Assembly (NCBI RefSeq): GCF_009914755.1
Contig: NC_060933.1
Length of the DNA stretch: 64,000 nucleotides
Reading direction: 5' to 3' (one strand)
Source: the human T2T-CHM13v2.0 reference genome, Homo sapiens
The notes under the pieces are model-generated. The model saw only the letters and a program-made list of their open reading frames with translations, had not been told where the DNA came from and did not search any database. Both the position numbers and the translations under genes were made by a program. Positions 18,432 through 34,172 of this stretch are shown here, one piece after another. The first letter of the stretch is position 1. Every line of letters starts with the position of its first letter.

Positions 18432-18523
18432 AAACCAGTCAAATTTAGCAGTGGGGGGTTGTATACCAACTTTAATGACACTATGTTAGTAACTTCTGAT
18501 TACCCACTACCATTTGACCAGCC
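18432..18523 (-). pseudogene. Y4 RNA (RNY4) retrocopy
   Basis: Reverse complement GGCTGGTCAAATGGTAGTGGGTAATCAGAAGTTACTAACATAGTGTCATTAAAGTTGGTATACAACCCCCCACTGCTAAATTTGACTGGTTT is close to hY4. Flanked by aaaaaat(t)gttttt direct repeats, inside Tigger1. Confidence 0.93.
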
Positions 18524-18753
18524 AAAAAAAAAAAAAAATGTTTTTTAATGCAGTATCTTTGAAGGTCAGTAAAGCAAAGCACAATAAAATGAGGTATGCC
18601 TATAGTTACTTTGTAGAGTCCATAGGACTTTCTATGTAGAAAGTCCTGTCTTTTGCAGATAGGCCGTTTTACTTTCTTTTTTTTCCCAATCTTTTCTTTC
18701 TTGTGCATTATTACATTTACTCATACCTCCAGGACAATGTTGAAGAGAAATGA

Positions 18754-19298
18754 TGTATTAGTCCATTTTCACACTGCTATAAAGAACTGCCTGTATTAGC
18801 CTAGCATGGTGGCGGACACCTGTAATCCCAGCTATGCAAGAGGCTGAGACGAGAATCTCTTGAACCTGGGAGGCGGAGGTTGCAACGAGCTGAGATCGCG
18901 CCACTGCACTCCAGCCTGGGTGACAGAGTGAGACACTGTCTCAAAAAAAAAAAAAAAAAAAAAAAAAACTTCCTGAGACTAGGTAATTTGTAAGCAAAAG
19001 AGATTTAATTGACTCACAGTTCTGCATGGCTGAGGAGGCCTCAGGAAGCTTATACAATCATGGCGGAAGGCAAAGAAGAAGTAAGGCACATCTTACATGG
19101 CAGCAGGAGAGAGAGAGTGGGCAGGGAACTGCAACAGACTTTTAAACCATCAGATTGTGTGAGAACTCACTATCACGAAACAGCATGGGGGAAACCGCCC
19201 CCATGATCCAGTCACCTCCCACCAGGTCCCTCCCTCAGCAAGTGGGGATTGTACTTTGGAATGAGATTTGGGTGGGAACACAGAGCCAAACTATATCA
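18754..19298 (-). mobile_element. THE1D-like MaLR solo LTR with an inserted Alu right arm (18794-18968)
   Basis: tgtattagtccattttcacactgct...agccaaactatatca with 5-bp TSD aatga. Confidence 0.9.
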
Positions 19299-20198
19299 AA
19301 TGACAAGATTGGACACCCTTACTTGTTTCCAGCCTTAGGAGGAAAGCACTTAATGTTTCATCATTAGGTATGAGGTTTGCGTGGATTTTCCACAAATGCT
19401 CTTTATTAGGTTGAGGAAGTTCCCTCATCTACCTATTTTACTGAGAATTTTTATTGTAAATGGATGTCAAGTTTTTTCAGATGGTTTCCTGCATCTACTA
19501 AGATGATAATATGGGTTTTGCACTTTATTCTGTTAATATGATAAGTTAGATCAGTTGATTTTTGACTGTTACATCAGTCTGGCATTCCTGGCATAAACTC
19601 CGCTTGGTCATGTATACTGTTCATACATTGCTGGATTCTGTTTACCAATATTTTACAAAGGATTTTTGCTTTTGTATTCCTGAGGGATATTGGTTTATAG
19701 ACTTCTTTGTAATGTTTTTGTCAAGAGTTTGGTATAAGAGTTATGTTGGTATCATAAAAGGACTTGGGAAGTGTTTCATCCTTCTGTTTATTGCTTCCTT
19801 AACTGTTTTATCAAATTTATCAGTGAAAACATCTTAGTATAGACTTTTCTTCATTAGAATTTTTATAGTAAATTGAGTTTCTCTACTACATATAAAGGCT
19901 ATTTCAGCTTCTTTTTCATCTTGTTTTAAATTTGGCAAATTGTGTTTTTAAGAAATTTTTCCAATTCATCTAAGTTATTCATGTTTTTGGCATGAAGTTT
20001 TTTGTGATATTATCTTTTTAATGTTTTGGGATCTTCCATCAGTAAGCCCATCAGTGAATTTTTCATTTCAGATAATGCATATTTTAGTTCTAGAATTTTC
20101 ATTTAATTCTCTTTATTCTGTCTGCTGAGATTCTCCACCTGTTGATAGTAATAAACCATAGTTTTCTTGAACGTGTGTATATATAATAGCTACGTTAA

Positions 20199-20619
<421 letters not shown>

Positions 20620-21441
20620 AGTAATTTTTTTATTATATTCTGGAATCGTGGGTAATAACATTGTAGAGACTGGATTCAATTATCAATTATCTTCTTCCAA
20701 AGAGACCAGAAGGCAGTTAACTTAGCTGGATTTAAACTCCAAACTCTGTCTCTCAAGCAATGGACAGCAACTGAAATCTCCATTCAGTGGGGATTGTTGT
20801 TGTTTTAGTTTTAGCCTTCCACTTGTTGCTTTCCTCCAATCCCCTGGAATTTTCCTGTGCACTCATAGTTCATGGGGCAGCCAAGGATTTAGATGGGCGT
20901 TTATATGCAGATTTTGAGGCTTCTCACTTTGCAGCTCCCTTCTTCCAAGAATTTACCCTCTCAGTTTACAGTCATTCTAGTCACCCCAAACTCCATCCTT
21001 CCATCTTATGATCCCTCCAGCCAGAAAGACTGCAGCTTTCTACCAGAATTCTTTCCCCACTCCTGATGCTCCAGATTGGGGAATGCCCCCAAGCCACAAG
21101 CCACATAAACACAAATCTCACCTAGTGCTATTCTTTCAGATGTCAACTCCCTTCCAACTTCTTTCTTTTGTCCATCTCCAGTGCCTTAAGATAATTGTTT
21201 TTAAAATTTTGGCCAGAGTTTACAATCATTGTTTGTAGAAAAGTTAGTCCAATACAAGATAATCTGCCAATAATGTAAGCATAACTATCTCCCTTCTGTA
21301 TCATTTTGAAGTAATTCCCAGACATTCTGTTTCACCTGAAAATATTTTGGTATGTATCTCTAAAAGAAGTGGACTCTTTTTATAAAAACACATAACTACA
21401 GTATTATCACAGTAAAAAAATTTATACTAAGTAACATCTAA

Positions 21442-21657
<216 letters not shown>

Positions 21658-22224
21658 TAAGTCTTGAAAATACTAAGATTTATTTAAATATTGAATTATT
21701 CAACATTTATTGTTACATAAATAAGCTATTACAAGCTGTATTATTTCCTTTTAAGATCTCTTAAGTCGAATATAAGGAAAAATTTAGGCACAGGACCATG
21801 ATATAGTTAGCACACAGTGAGTGTGATGCGATGTGATGTTTCAAGTCTGCAGAATAATATTGAACTATTTAATAAAAGATGCTAAAGTAGTGGGTTAGTT
21901 ATTGGGAAAATGAAATGATAAATTATCCCTTCATAATGCAGAAACAATTTCCAAAAGGACTAAATGTAAAAAATGTTAATTATAAAATAATTATAAGTAA
22001 ATATCTTAATTTGGAATATAAGTAAGCATTCTAAACATAATAGAAGAAATTTAAAAAGAGTAGTTTGTAATCATAAAAAGCTTAAGCTTTTCTGGTAAGT
22101 GAATAAGTCATATGTGATTTTAAAATATAAAAGAAAAAAGACTTGTCCTGTGTCATTGTTGAAATAATGTATGTTTTACTTATTGTTTATTGGTGGCTTA
22201 TCAACTCCCAGATTTTTTTAATGA

Positions 22225-22407
<183 letters not shown>

Positions 22408-24907
22408 TAGTGAATCATGTACTGAATCATGTACCAAAAATGTAGTTTTGTTAAAACTTCTTAGCTAAAGGCAAGCAAAACGTGTCAGAATTTAAGTAAG
22501 TCTGTTGTTTTTAACCATGCAGAAATTATATTTGTATTAATTATTTTCCATATGACATGAAACATTGACTGTTAACTAATACATTGTGAGAGGAGTGATG
22601 TGGAATTAACTAGAATAAATACTTAATACATTTAGGGTAATTCCATAAAGTTAAAACCTGAAAAGAGATACCTAGTACACTAACCTGATTCTGCCTTGCT
22701 TGGTAAATCTATGTTCAAACATTGTATTAATAGTTTAGTCTTTTAAATTATTATATTTGAGATTATTTTTAAGACAAATTATACTTTAGAATGGTAGGCT
22801 GGGGTATAAAACTGTTTTTGGTCAGCCTTCCTTTTATTAAAACTTGTACTTAAGATTATCTCAGATATGAATGACCACTTCTCATAGGATTTGTTTGGCT
22901 AGTACATACAGCCAAAGAAACTCCTAGTTTCTGTATTCTGCTAATGCTGTTGGGAATTTTATTCTTTAAAGCAATCTCTGTGACTCCAAACCGTATGCAC
23001 TTTTATCACAGGCAGAAACAGAGAGGAAATCTCTCCTGCAACAGGTTTTTCCAGTATTAATACCAAGTTGCTGTATTACTGCTTATGAGCATCTGGTAAC
23101 TGATTATAGACCTACCTGCTACTTATAATATTTATTAAAAAATATGTTTTACATTTCTAACCAGTATATAAATATTCCTAAGATGATTCATTTGGGGGCT
23201 CACTATACTTCATTAACAGAAGATAGAAAAATGAGAGCTCATTACCAACTCATTTTGCAAAAACAAGTTACGATTAGAATTATATCATATTATGGTAATC
23301 ATTTGGGAAAACCAAAAGTAGAAGTCTCTATGTGGGTATACTACTCTTTTTTCTTAATTCACTGAGGTTTAGAAAAGAGGACAAGACCATATGCATAGAC
23401 CAAACCAATTTTTGTCAAAGCTTTAGGGGTAGGTAGGGTTCTCTCTGAAAGTAAGATTAGTGGGACTTCTTTACTAATTCAGAAAGACAATAGAAAGGTT
23501 GATAAGGACTTTTTAAACTTCACTTTGGGGCAGAAAGGAGCAATTACTTCATTTGGAAATTTCTTTTTTGAACATGGTCATGTACTTTTACTTTTAACAT
23601 TTTGTTTAAGTCACCTAGGGAGCTTTGACACTGCTGTTTGTACTAGAGAAATAGCTTTGGAATTCATATAATTTATATTAAAAGTGAAATTCTTTTCTTC
23701 CCATTTCTTTTTCAGGTGTTTTCATTAATCTTAATCTCTTTGGTTTTATATACTATATTTTTTAAATTCTCAAACATATCAAATACCTTACTGTCCCAAT
23801 GCCTAACTCAGTTCTATGTTGTATATAAATAATTTATGATGATATACTTTTCAGACATCTGTATGTACAAGAAAACCCAAGTTAGAAAGTATTTCAAGTA
23901 CCTAGTAAAGATTATCTTAGCTATCTTTCAGAAGATATAAACCTTTATTGAGGAAATTTACTACCTTTATATCCTCAATCCTTCTGTTTGAGACAATAAT
24001 GGCTAGATAATGGCAATAATGGCTGTATCTCTTCCTCAGAATAAAAGTATACTCTTTATGTTTTCTTTTATTATTAACTCTTAACATTTTAGGTTATCTA
24101 ACAGTATATCCTATTTATGGAATTGTTCTCTCATTAATTTCTAAGATTCTCCCTTTGGTTAAATTGTCTGCTGACTTCTTTAGCTTGAGATGTCACTTTT
24201 ATGGGAAGTGCTCTTCCTTCACTCTGTCAGTTCAAATCCAGTTTAAAACTCATTTTTAGGAAACTTGGGTAGGCTAAAGTCATCCAGTCTATCCCTTTTT
24301 TTCAGATTAGTCGGATTGTAGGATTTATGCCCTGTTGACCTAGTGTGCTTAAATATGTCTTACTTCTTCACTTAGACTATAAACTTCTGGAAGGAAACAA
24401 GCTACAGTAGTATTACAATAGTATCTGAAGGTTTTTAGAGATTGGAAACAACCTCTAAAAATGCTCTGCATTGCAGCAGCCTACTCTATAAATATACAGA
24501 AATAGATCAAATAGTGGTATGGTTGTGGTATTTATAATATATTTTAGTTTATGAAATCCATGTATAAATTCTTCAGAGAAAAGTTCTAAAAAACTTTAAA
24601 AATAAGAAAAGGCTTTGAAATCTATGAAAAATGTTTCATTTGATTATTCTTCCCAAATATACAGGAACTAAATATAAGATTATGTATCTTTGAACAGTAT
24701 AACTGAGAGGAGGGGAGAGTAAATGACTTACCCAAGATAACAGTTCAATGTGCTGAGCACTCTTCTCTCCTGCTATCTCTTCTTTAGATGTAACAAAGCT
24801 CCAAAACTACTTGGGAGAGTTGTATAGTAGCGTAGAAGTATAGCTGACTTTGCTAGTTGTATGGGCCGCCTTTTTTGAAATTTTGTTGGATAGGTTAAAA
24901 AAAAAAT

Positions 24908-25205
24908 TGCTAGATGCAGTGGCTCACATCTGTAATCCCAGCACTTTGGAAGACCCAGGCGGGAGAATCTCAGAGGCAGGAATTCAAGACCAGCGCCCCC
25001 ATAGGAAGCATGGAAAAACTCCATCTCTACAAAAATTTTTTTTAATTAACCAGGCGTGGTGGCACATGCCTGTAGTCCCATCTACTCAGGAGGCTGAAGT
25101 GGAAGGATCACCTGAGCCTGGGGGGTTGAGGCTGGAGTAAGCTGAGTTCGTGCCACTGCATTCCAGCCTGGGTGACAGAGTGAGACCCTGTCTAAAAAAA
25201 AAAAA
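24908..25205 (+). mobile_element. AluJ
   Basis: Diverged sense Alu about 115 nt upstream of exon 14. Confidence 0.88.
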
Positions 25206-25320
25206 TGTATATCTCGTATATTTTGATCTTCCAAAATTCACTTGGTCTGTATTTCTAATTTAGTACTTTAAAACATATAATTTATATTAGATGTGCACTA
25301 ATAGTTGTTTTACGTTATAG

Positions 25321-25500
<180 letters not shown>

Positions 25501-25600
25501 TAATTTGATCTGAATGTTAGAAAAGAATATTAACTGGATTTCTAATAGTTTCACTGGAACAGTTTTTTAAATATGTTAACAATTTTTAAATATTTTATAG

Positions 25601-25837
<237 letters not shown>

Positions 25838-25969
25838 TAATAACAACACCATTTCCACAAGCACGCTTTGTAGTAATTTCTCTTTAATCTTTAATCTTAC
25901 TGCATAAAACACAATTTTATTCCATAGGGCAAAAGGAGATGAATCTTGAGTGTTGCAAGTTCTTCTGTT

Positions 25970-27906
25970 CTTCCAGTCTCTGGACTCCTTTATATGCTTA
26001 AAAATTAATGAGGACCTTGAAGAGGTTTTGTTTACATGGATTGTATTTATTGATATTTACCATATTAGAAATTAAAACTGAGAATGTTTAAAATATTCAT
26101 TAATTTATTTTTTTTTAGGTGGAGATGGGGCAGTAATTCATTTTAAAAATAAACCCATTATGTGTTAACATAAAAATGTATTAAAAATAGCTGTTTTCCA
26201 GACAAAATACATTTAGTGAGAAGAGTGGCGTTTTACATTTTTGCAGATTTCTTTAGTTGAAGTCAGTAGGTTTTTCCCTACTTAATTCTGTATATTGAGT
26301 TTGTAGTGAGATGTTTGAGTTGAAGTATATGAAGGAAATCTGGCTTCCCATAAATATGCAGTTGGAAAAGGAGGAGTATTTTAGACTTTTCAGGTAATTG
26401 TGGATATTATTCTTTAATACTACATCAAAATTTGCCAAAGTGTAGTTTATTAAAGTTTAATTGCAGTGTGGAATCTGAAACCATATCAGTGAACTTGTGT
26501 ACTCTGTTACATTAAAATCCATTGCACTTTAGATGGCGCTTTTACTTGTAAATGATTTAGTTATAGCATGCATTGGTCATTGGGAGAATACTGGTTCATC
26601 AAGTCACATAGATATTTCAAACGTTGACATATTTTATTATGTAATATTTTTAAAAGATCACATTGATCACTGATTCCATCAGAAAAGCTGTTAAGAATTG
26701 GGAAGCTGTCAAGCTTGCCAGTGGATACAGATTTTCTAAAATTCAAATTTTCATTTGAAAGTTTGAACTTTATCATTGGCAACAAATATTGTCAGTTATT
26801 TTCCTTGAAATGACAAGCTCACTTTATTCCTGTTTGGAAAAAGAAAAATGACCAAATAGCCAAGTCCAGATAATTATAGTTTGTCATTTTTTTAAATAAA
26901 AATGGTATTCCATGAAAAAAATGTCTAGTATAACTCCAAACTTAGTCACACAAGTGCTTTTCCTTGAAACAACATTTATACTTTTGAATATACTACAAAT
27001 ATTTAATAAGCACAGCCTGCCCTCCATATTCGTGGGTTGCACATCCATGGATTCAACCAACCACAGATCAAAAATATTCAAGAGGCCAGGTGCAGTGTCT
27101 CATACTTGTAACCCCAACACTTTGTGAGGCCAAGGCGGAAGGATCACTTGAGTCCAGGAGTTTGAGACCAGCCTGGGCAACATGGCAAGACCTCATCTCT
27201 TTAGGCAGGGCAGGGAGGAGGGAAGAAAGAAAAATATTCAGGGGGACAAAAATGGATGGTTATGTCTGTATGGAACACATACAGACTTTTTTCTTGTCAT
27301 TATTCCTTAAGCAATACAATATAACAACTATTTACATAGCATTTATGTTGTATTAGGTATTATAACTAATCTAGAGATAATATAAAATATATGGGAGGAT
27401 GTTCATAGGCCATATGCAAATACTACATCATTTTATATAAGGGACTTAAGCATCTGTGGATTTTGGAATCCTTAGGGAGTCCTGCAACCAATGTCTGATG
27501 GATACTGGGGGACAACTATATTATGTACTTCCTATGTCATGACATTGAATATTAAAAATATATATACTTAAGATTTTGAGGTTTAATAAAATTTATGAAT
27601 TTTACTGCTTCATCAAGGATATTCTTAAGGGAATTTGGCATTTTTAAAAATTTCAATTGCATGGCAGTGAAGAATCTAAGAACTAGTATACTTTGGTGCA
27701 CTAGTTTTGGTACACTACCTTGATTTATTCTAAAGCACTAGCATTTTTACTTTCCATTGCTTTTACACCGTCAGTGCAAATGACAGCATGGTGAGAAAGG
27801 CAAATGATGTCCTGTTACCACCATGAAAATAGTTTTTAACTCACAGACTCCTGAAATAGTTTCAGGTATCCCCAGGAGTCTGTAGACCGGACTTTGAGAA
27901 CCACTG
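25970..27906 (-). mobile_element. Charlie1a hAT transposon containing MER2 (~27012-27518), which contains a FLAM (27084-27205)
   Basis: Terminus actttgagaaccactg. Transposase remnants on the minus strand (NQYSPNDQCML; FFMEYHFYLK). MER2 motif ccatggattcaaccaaccacagatc. Confidence 0.85.
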
Positions 27907-28201
27907 CCCTACATGATTATCCAAAACAATATGTCCCTTGAGTTCTGAATGGTAGGAGAGGGGAGGGGAAGGCAGAAAAATTGTCAAACTAGGCTGTTTT
28001 TTCTCTAGTTCTGAAAGAGAGTAATAGGGAAGGAGGAGGTTATATTGAGTTTCACAGAATAGATTGGGCACCTGAGGGTTTATCTCACTCATTTAGTTGC
28101 AGTCTTCCTTGTGACAATTAGAATTATGTCTGCTTGGCCTTAATGGGTCATATATTCCACAGAATTCTGTACAAAATGTAAATATAATATTGTCAAATGT
28201 C

Positions 28202-28488
28202 TTTTTTTTTTTTTTTTGAGACGGGGTCTTGCTCTGTTACCCAGGCTGGAGTGCAGTGGCATGCTCACAGCTCACTACAGCTTTGAACTCTTGGGCTCAA
28301 GCAATCCTCACGCCTCAGCCTCCTGAGTGGCTGGGACCACAGGTGTGCACCACTATGCCCAGCTTTTTTGTAGAGATGGGGTCTTGCTATGTTGCTGGGG
28401 CTGGTCTCGAACACCAGACCTCAATCAGTCCTCCCGCCTCAGCCTCCCAAAGTGCTAGGATTACAGGCATGAGCCACCACACCCAGCC
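28202..28488 (-). mobile_element. AluJ
   Basis: Antisense Alu. Confidence 0.88.
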
Positions 28489-29359
28489 AAAAGTCTTTTC
28501 TAAACAGAAAACTGCTGATTTATTGTGAAAACCCAGTCACCCATTCTCAGAACGATTGTAACTTTTATTTTGAATTTAGATCTTTTGTAGAAACCAGAAT
28601 ATATAAGGTGGGATAAAAGCTATTAGGGTTTCAAGTCTGGGGAAAAGGCACACGGTTTCCAGTTTCAAGGTTTTTTCCATATCCTACCATAACACAGCCC
28701 ACAGCTTTTTGTTGTTGTTGTTGTTCTGACTTCTCGTCTATAGACTAAAGATAGATATTAGTGACATAATCTTTAATAATAAGTAACAGCTCATTGTCTT
28801 GAATAAGGTATGTTTACCTTGACTTAATATCGTTTGTATTTCTAAACACATTTATAAATTGAATCATATTTGAAATGTATTAGGAAGATTTGTTCTTTGT
28901 TGTTTATGTTTTTTTAAAGCAAACAATTGCCCATTAACTTCTATTTTTAAAATTGGTAATGTGCCTTGGTTGTTTAAAGCAAGATATATCTATTTAGTCT
29001 AGCTTCCTAGAATTTGTTTCAACTTTAAACCTTTCTTTAAACTTTTAACCCTTTCCTTCATTCCTATTCAATCTTCTGCAAAACGCTCAACCTTTATTGC
29101 GCAATTGCTGTATTGAACCCATTGTCTAAAACTAAACTTTCTCCTCGTAAAGTAATGTTGATTTTTCACAGTGAGATGACTTTTCATACGTGTTACTAGC
29201 CTACTATCTCCTACTTCTGTTCACTTTGGACTACTGCAGTGGTGACCTAGTTAGTGGTCTCTGCCTGACTAGTCACTTCTGTATTTAATTCATCCAAAAG
29301 ACTGTTGCAAAATTTATTTTCTTTGCATGTTCCTACCCCATTCAAGAATATTCATTATG

Positions 29360-29659
29360 AGGCCAGGTGCGGTGGCTCACGCCTGTAATCCCAGCACTTT
29401 GGGAGGCCGAGGTGCGTGGATCACTTGAGGTCAGGAGTTTGAGACCAGCCTGGCCAACATGATGAAACCCTGTCTCTACTAAAAATACAAAAATTATCCG
29501 GGCATGGCGGTGGGCGCCTGTAATCCCAGCTTCTCGGGAGGCTGAGGCAGGAGAATTGCTTGAGCTGGGAAGTGGAAGTTGCAGTGAGCTGAGATTGTGC
29601 TGCTGCACTCCAGCCTAGGCAAAAGAATAAGACTCCTATCTCAAACAAACAAAAAAAAA
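29360..29659 (+). mobile_element. AluSx-like within L2-like sequence
   Basis: Full Alu dimer. Confidence 0.9.
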
Positions 29660-29874
29660 TTATGGCTTTCTACAGTTGCTACATGAAATTTAATTAAACA
29701 CTACTCTCCTTTAGGCAAGCTTTTATGATTCTTCAAAATGTTATTTCGCTTTACCCATTCCAACTTATCTCCCTCCCCTCCCCAACATACTCGTCCTTGT
29801 ACCATTCTGGCCACTCTCTACAGCACCCGCTGAATTTGTTTGTTGTTGCTTCCATCCTTTGTTCTTTTCTCTTC

Positions 29875-30030
29875 GAGGCAACATGGTGTAGTGGAAAGAA
29901 CATGGACTTTGGTACCAAACACATCTTAACACTTAATATCTGTGATTTTAGGCAATTTACTTCACTTACCTGAGCCTTAGTTTCTTCATCTTTAAAATTG
30001 AGAACATACTATTAACTTTTAGGATTATTG
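29875..30030 (+). mobile_element. MIR
   Basis: gaggcaacatggtgtagtggaaagaacatggactttgg...ctgagccttagtttcttcatctttaaaat. Confidence 0.8.
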
Positions 30031-30185
30031 TGTTGTGTTTTTTGTTTGTTCGTTTCTGGTTTTTAGCTATTAACTCTCCCCACTTTAGCTCCTTAAGGGA
30101 AGTGACTGTTTTATAAACAATATTAATAGCAACAGAAACAACTTATATTGATTGATCGGTTATGGGCCAGGCACTATATATCTGA

Positions 30186-30464
<279 letters not shown>

Positions 30465-30827
30465 TAAGATAGTAAAATCTTTAGAGGGAGGGAAGGTTTT
30501 GATTAAGGTTTTTGACATTTTAGTTATATAAGCAAGAGATCTTTATCATCAGTTTCAGCTTGCTTAGTTGCTTGACATTTTCTTTAGAGGTAATAAATAG
30601 GATAAAAGCACTCATTAAGCTAAATGTGTTTATTCCAGATGACTCTCTTAAAAACAAAGGAAAACACTTTCTAAAAAATTGTTACAAGAACTGTTTGAGA
30701 GAGATGTCAGGCACAATAGGAAAATTATTTTTTCATGGTTTATAATTTTGTTTTAAAAAACTATACATTTTTTAGTTCTAAAACATAGGTAACATAAAAA
30801 TTAACTCTTAGGGGTTTTTGTTCCTAG

Positions 30828-30986
<159 letters not shown>

Positions 30987-31379
30987 TAACCTCAGACTGG
31001 TTTGAAAATATATATCGTGTCATCACTAGCAATATATAGTTTGTTGTTTTATGCTATTTAACTTACAAATTTAATGCATCATGTTGATGAGGAAGTAATA
31101 CTTAAAATACTTAAGACTGGTTGAGTAACTTCAGCAGTTTAATCTTTTGTTAATATCTGACTGTGAAATGATAAACACAGAAATACTGGGTGGAGGGGAG
31201 AGCATGTGATATACCATATTAACTTAAAACCGGAAGGAGAGCTGGCAATAAGATGGTAGTGGCAGTGGCATAGTTTTTGAATCTCCAAAATCTCTTCCCA
31301 AAAACAGAAGAGAAGCTAGAATAATATAACAACAAACCTGTGGACAACACGTATAACAAAACTAAGTTTCAGGGTATCC

Positions 31380-32130
31380 ATGTGGGCATACTGCAGTACT
31401 ATTCTGACGCTAACCATCCTGGTCACTATCAAACTGTATACCATAGGGGCTCGGTTCCCAAAAAGACCACCCTTACTTCAGACACCGTCTTCAAGTTTAG
31501 GGGTCTCCAGGTCACTTGTATTTCTGACCAACTAGCTGCAAATTCAAGAGTTCCTATGACCCCCACTCAGGTTCAATAATTTGATAAAACAACTCAGAAT
31601 TCGAGAAAGCACTATTCTTAACGATTATGATTTTATTATAAAAGATACAATCAGGACTAGCAAAATTAAGAGACACAGGGCAACCAACATTTTGGAGGTT
31701 CCTAAACTCAAAAGTTTCTTTACTCTTTTCTTGTGCAGTTAGGGTACATCACCCTCCTCACACATCTCCTGGTTCACCAACCAGTGGGCCCTACCAGGCT
31801 TCAGTACTCGGGTTTCTTATTGGGGTTTCATTATATAGACATGGTTGTTGATTGAATCATTGGCTATGTGGTTGAGCTTGATCATCAGCCCTCTTCCCTG
31901 GAGTTTGGGAAGTTGGGCTGAAATCATGTGGCTCAAAGACATGTGTATTGCTCAAATCATACAGTTGATCTTTGTGGCATTTTCTATCCCCATCCTGAGT
32001 CATATTCTTAGCATTAACTCAGGAGTGATCTAAGGGGCTCACGAGTAATACAGACTTTCCTATTGCTCAATTCCAAGAACTTTAGAGGAACCAGCAACAA
32101 AGCCCAGTCAAATTCTTTATTATACAACAC
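31380..32130 (-). mobile_element. MER21/MER77-family LTR
   Basis: Motifs aagaccacccttacttcagacacc and tttctgaccaactagctgcaaattc; ends ttctttattatacaaca. Confidence 0.7.
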
Positions 32131-34172
32131 CTGTGAACTCCAGAATACAAGTGCGTAAAATAAATCAGCAGCAGCATCAAGACTAGCATGGTATCAGCAA
32201 GGGAGGGCTCAGAGAATCCAGATATCAGACTGCCAGCATCCTGATCATCTCTAAAGGTCTCATTAGTTGTAGAACACTTAGAGATCAATTTGAGAGCAGC
32301 TAAAACTGAGAGGCAACTTTATAGACTTCAGAAAGGTTGGATAGTGCTGGGGTGATCTAGCCCTGTGAACTCTCAAACTAACTGATACTCCTTTGCAGAA
32401 CAAAACTTCTTACTGAAGAGAACTAGAGCTACATGATAAAGGAGATCATAAAATATATATTCTATAGTTATAAGTCTGACAATGTAACTAAAGCACATTT
32501 CTCTGAAAATGCAAGAAGGGAGATAATGCAAGTAAAATAGAATATATTTACTGATTGTCCTATAGGTATTTTCAGGAAATAAAAAGTTATTACTTCATAT
32601 TAGATGTTTTGGGAGAGGAAAATAAGAGAGATATTCAAAATTATTTATAGTAGGGAGCCAATAGATAGTATCCCCCAAAACTATTAAGGACATAAGGATA
32701 TTATATAAGATATTTGCATAATAATAAACTTCAGAATAAAAATAAAAGTCTTCCTAAATACCAAAAAGATACACAAAGACAAGAGACTGGCAGGGCAAGA
32801 AAATCACATAACTAAAGACTAGATATTTTATTTACAGATATAAGAGACATAAAAACAAATATGACATAAAACAGTGGCAGAGCTAAGGTCAAACATCAGT
32901 CATATTATTAAATGCAAATGGATATAATTCACCTATGAAAATATTTTTTGGAAGTAAATTCCAACACTGTGCAGAATGTGAGAGGTACATCTAAAAGAAA
33001 GAGATTGAGAAAGCTTTAAAATAAAAGGATGGATGGGTGCAAGGGATCTTTTTGGTGATGGAAATGTAAAATTGGACTGTGGTGATGTTTACATAGCTCT
33101 GTAAATTTGCTAACAGTCATTGAATTGTACACTTCAAGTGAGCGAATTTTATGGTATGTAAATTATACCTCATGAAAACTTACGTAAATGGATGAGCAAA
33201 GGTGTACCAGGCAAATGGAAATACAAATTTTAAAAAGTTTAAATATCTCAATATGCTGCTATGCAGTGATATATATATTCTTAGGTCAAAAAAGAAAGGA
33301 GAGAAAACTTTATAGTATGTTACTATCAAAGAAAGGATCAGGGAAAGTGATTACTTTGACTTTATGTTGGCTTATTTAAAAATTACAATGATAAACCAGA
33401 ATCTTTTTTTTTTTTTTTTAATTTTTTTTTTTTAGCTGGGGGTAGGAAAAGACAAGGTTAAAAGCTACACTCATCTAAATAGATCTTATATTTTTTCCAC
33501 TTTGGAACCATCTGCCAGCAAAACTAAATGAAATTTTCCAAAAAGACAAGCTTAGTAAAAGCACAGTGAAACAAATGCATCTAACTTTGTTTTGAGTTAG
33601 CAACATAGCCTAACAGAGAAAAATTATTCCAAATGACTATAAAACACTGTAATGATTCTAAGGGCAAAAAAAAATTGCAAAAAAAATCATGTACTGTTTT
33701 CAGTAATCATAATGTTAATATTTGTAATGTTATTCTGAAAATATTATAGAGTAAAGCAAACAAGTAGTTACGTTAATGTAATTACAGTTTTTCAGCATAA
33801 GAGAAAAGGGATTCAGATATAAAAGAAGATACATAATAAAACCTTAAAGCTTTTAATTTGAATGTAAATATCGGAATGAACTCACAATGTATTTTCTCAA
33901 AAAAACAAACATTTCCTAGCTTTGTCTACTAAAAAGACCTAGATTATGACTTCTAAATACTATTTTCCACTAAAGTGGCCCACTGGAGAAATGGCTGATT
34001 TCAGGTCCAGGAGAAGAAATGTTTATATAAGATTAGCCATGATCATCTTTTCATAACAAAAGTCAAAGAAATTATCAGAGATGACTTGGTTATCAACAGG
34101 ACCCAGGAGCCTACATGAAGAATCGTATACCCGCCATACATGAAGAGATAATAGATAGAAACTTATCAAAAA

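Noticed and set aside
23690-23720. Strong acceptor-like site ttcttttcttcccatttctttttcag|gtgt in intron 13
   Set aside because: I saw no convincing downstream donor or branch point. Such tracts are common in AT-rich introns.
23994-24026. Three copies of ATAATGGC
   Set aside because: A short slippage repeat with no further structure.
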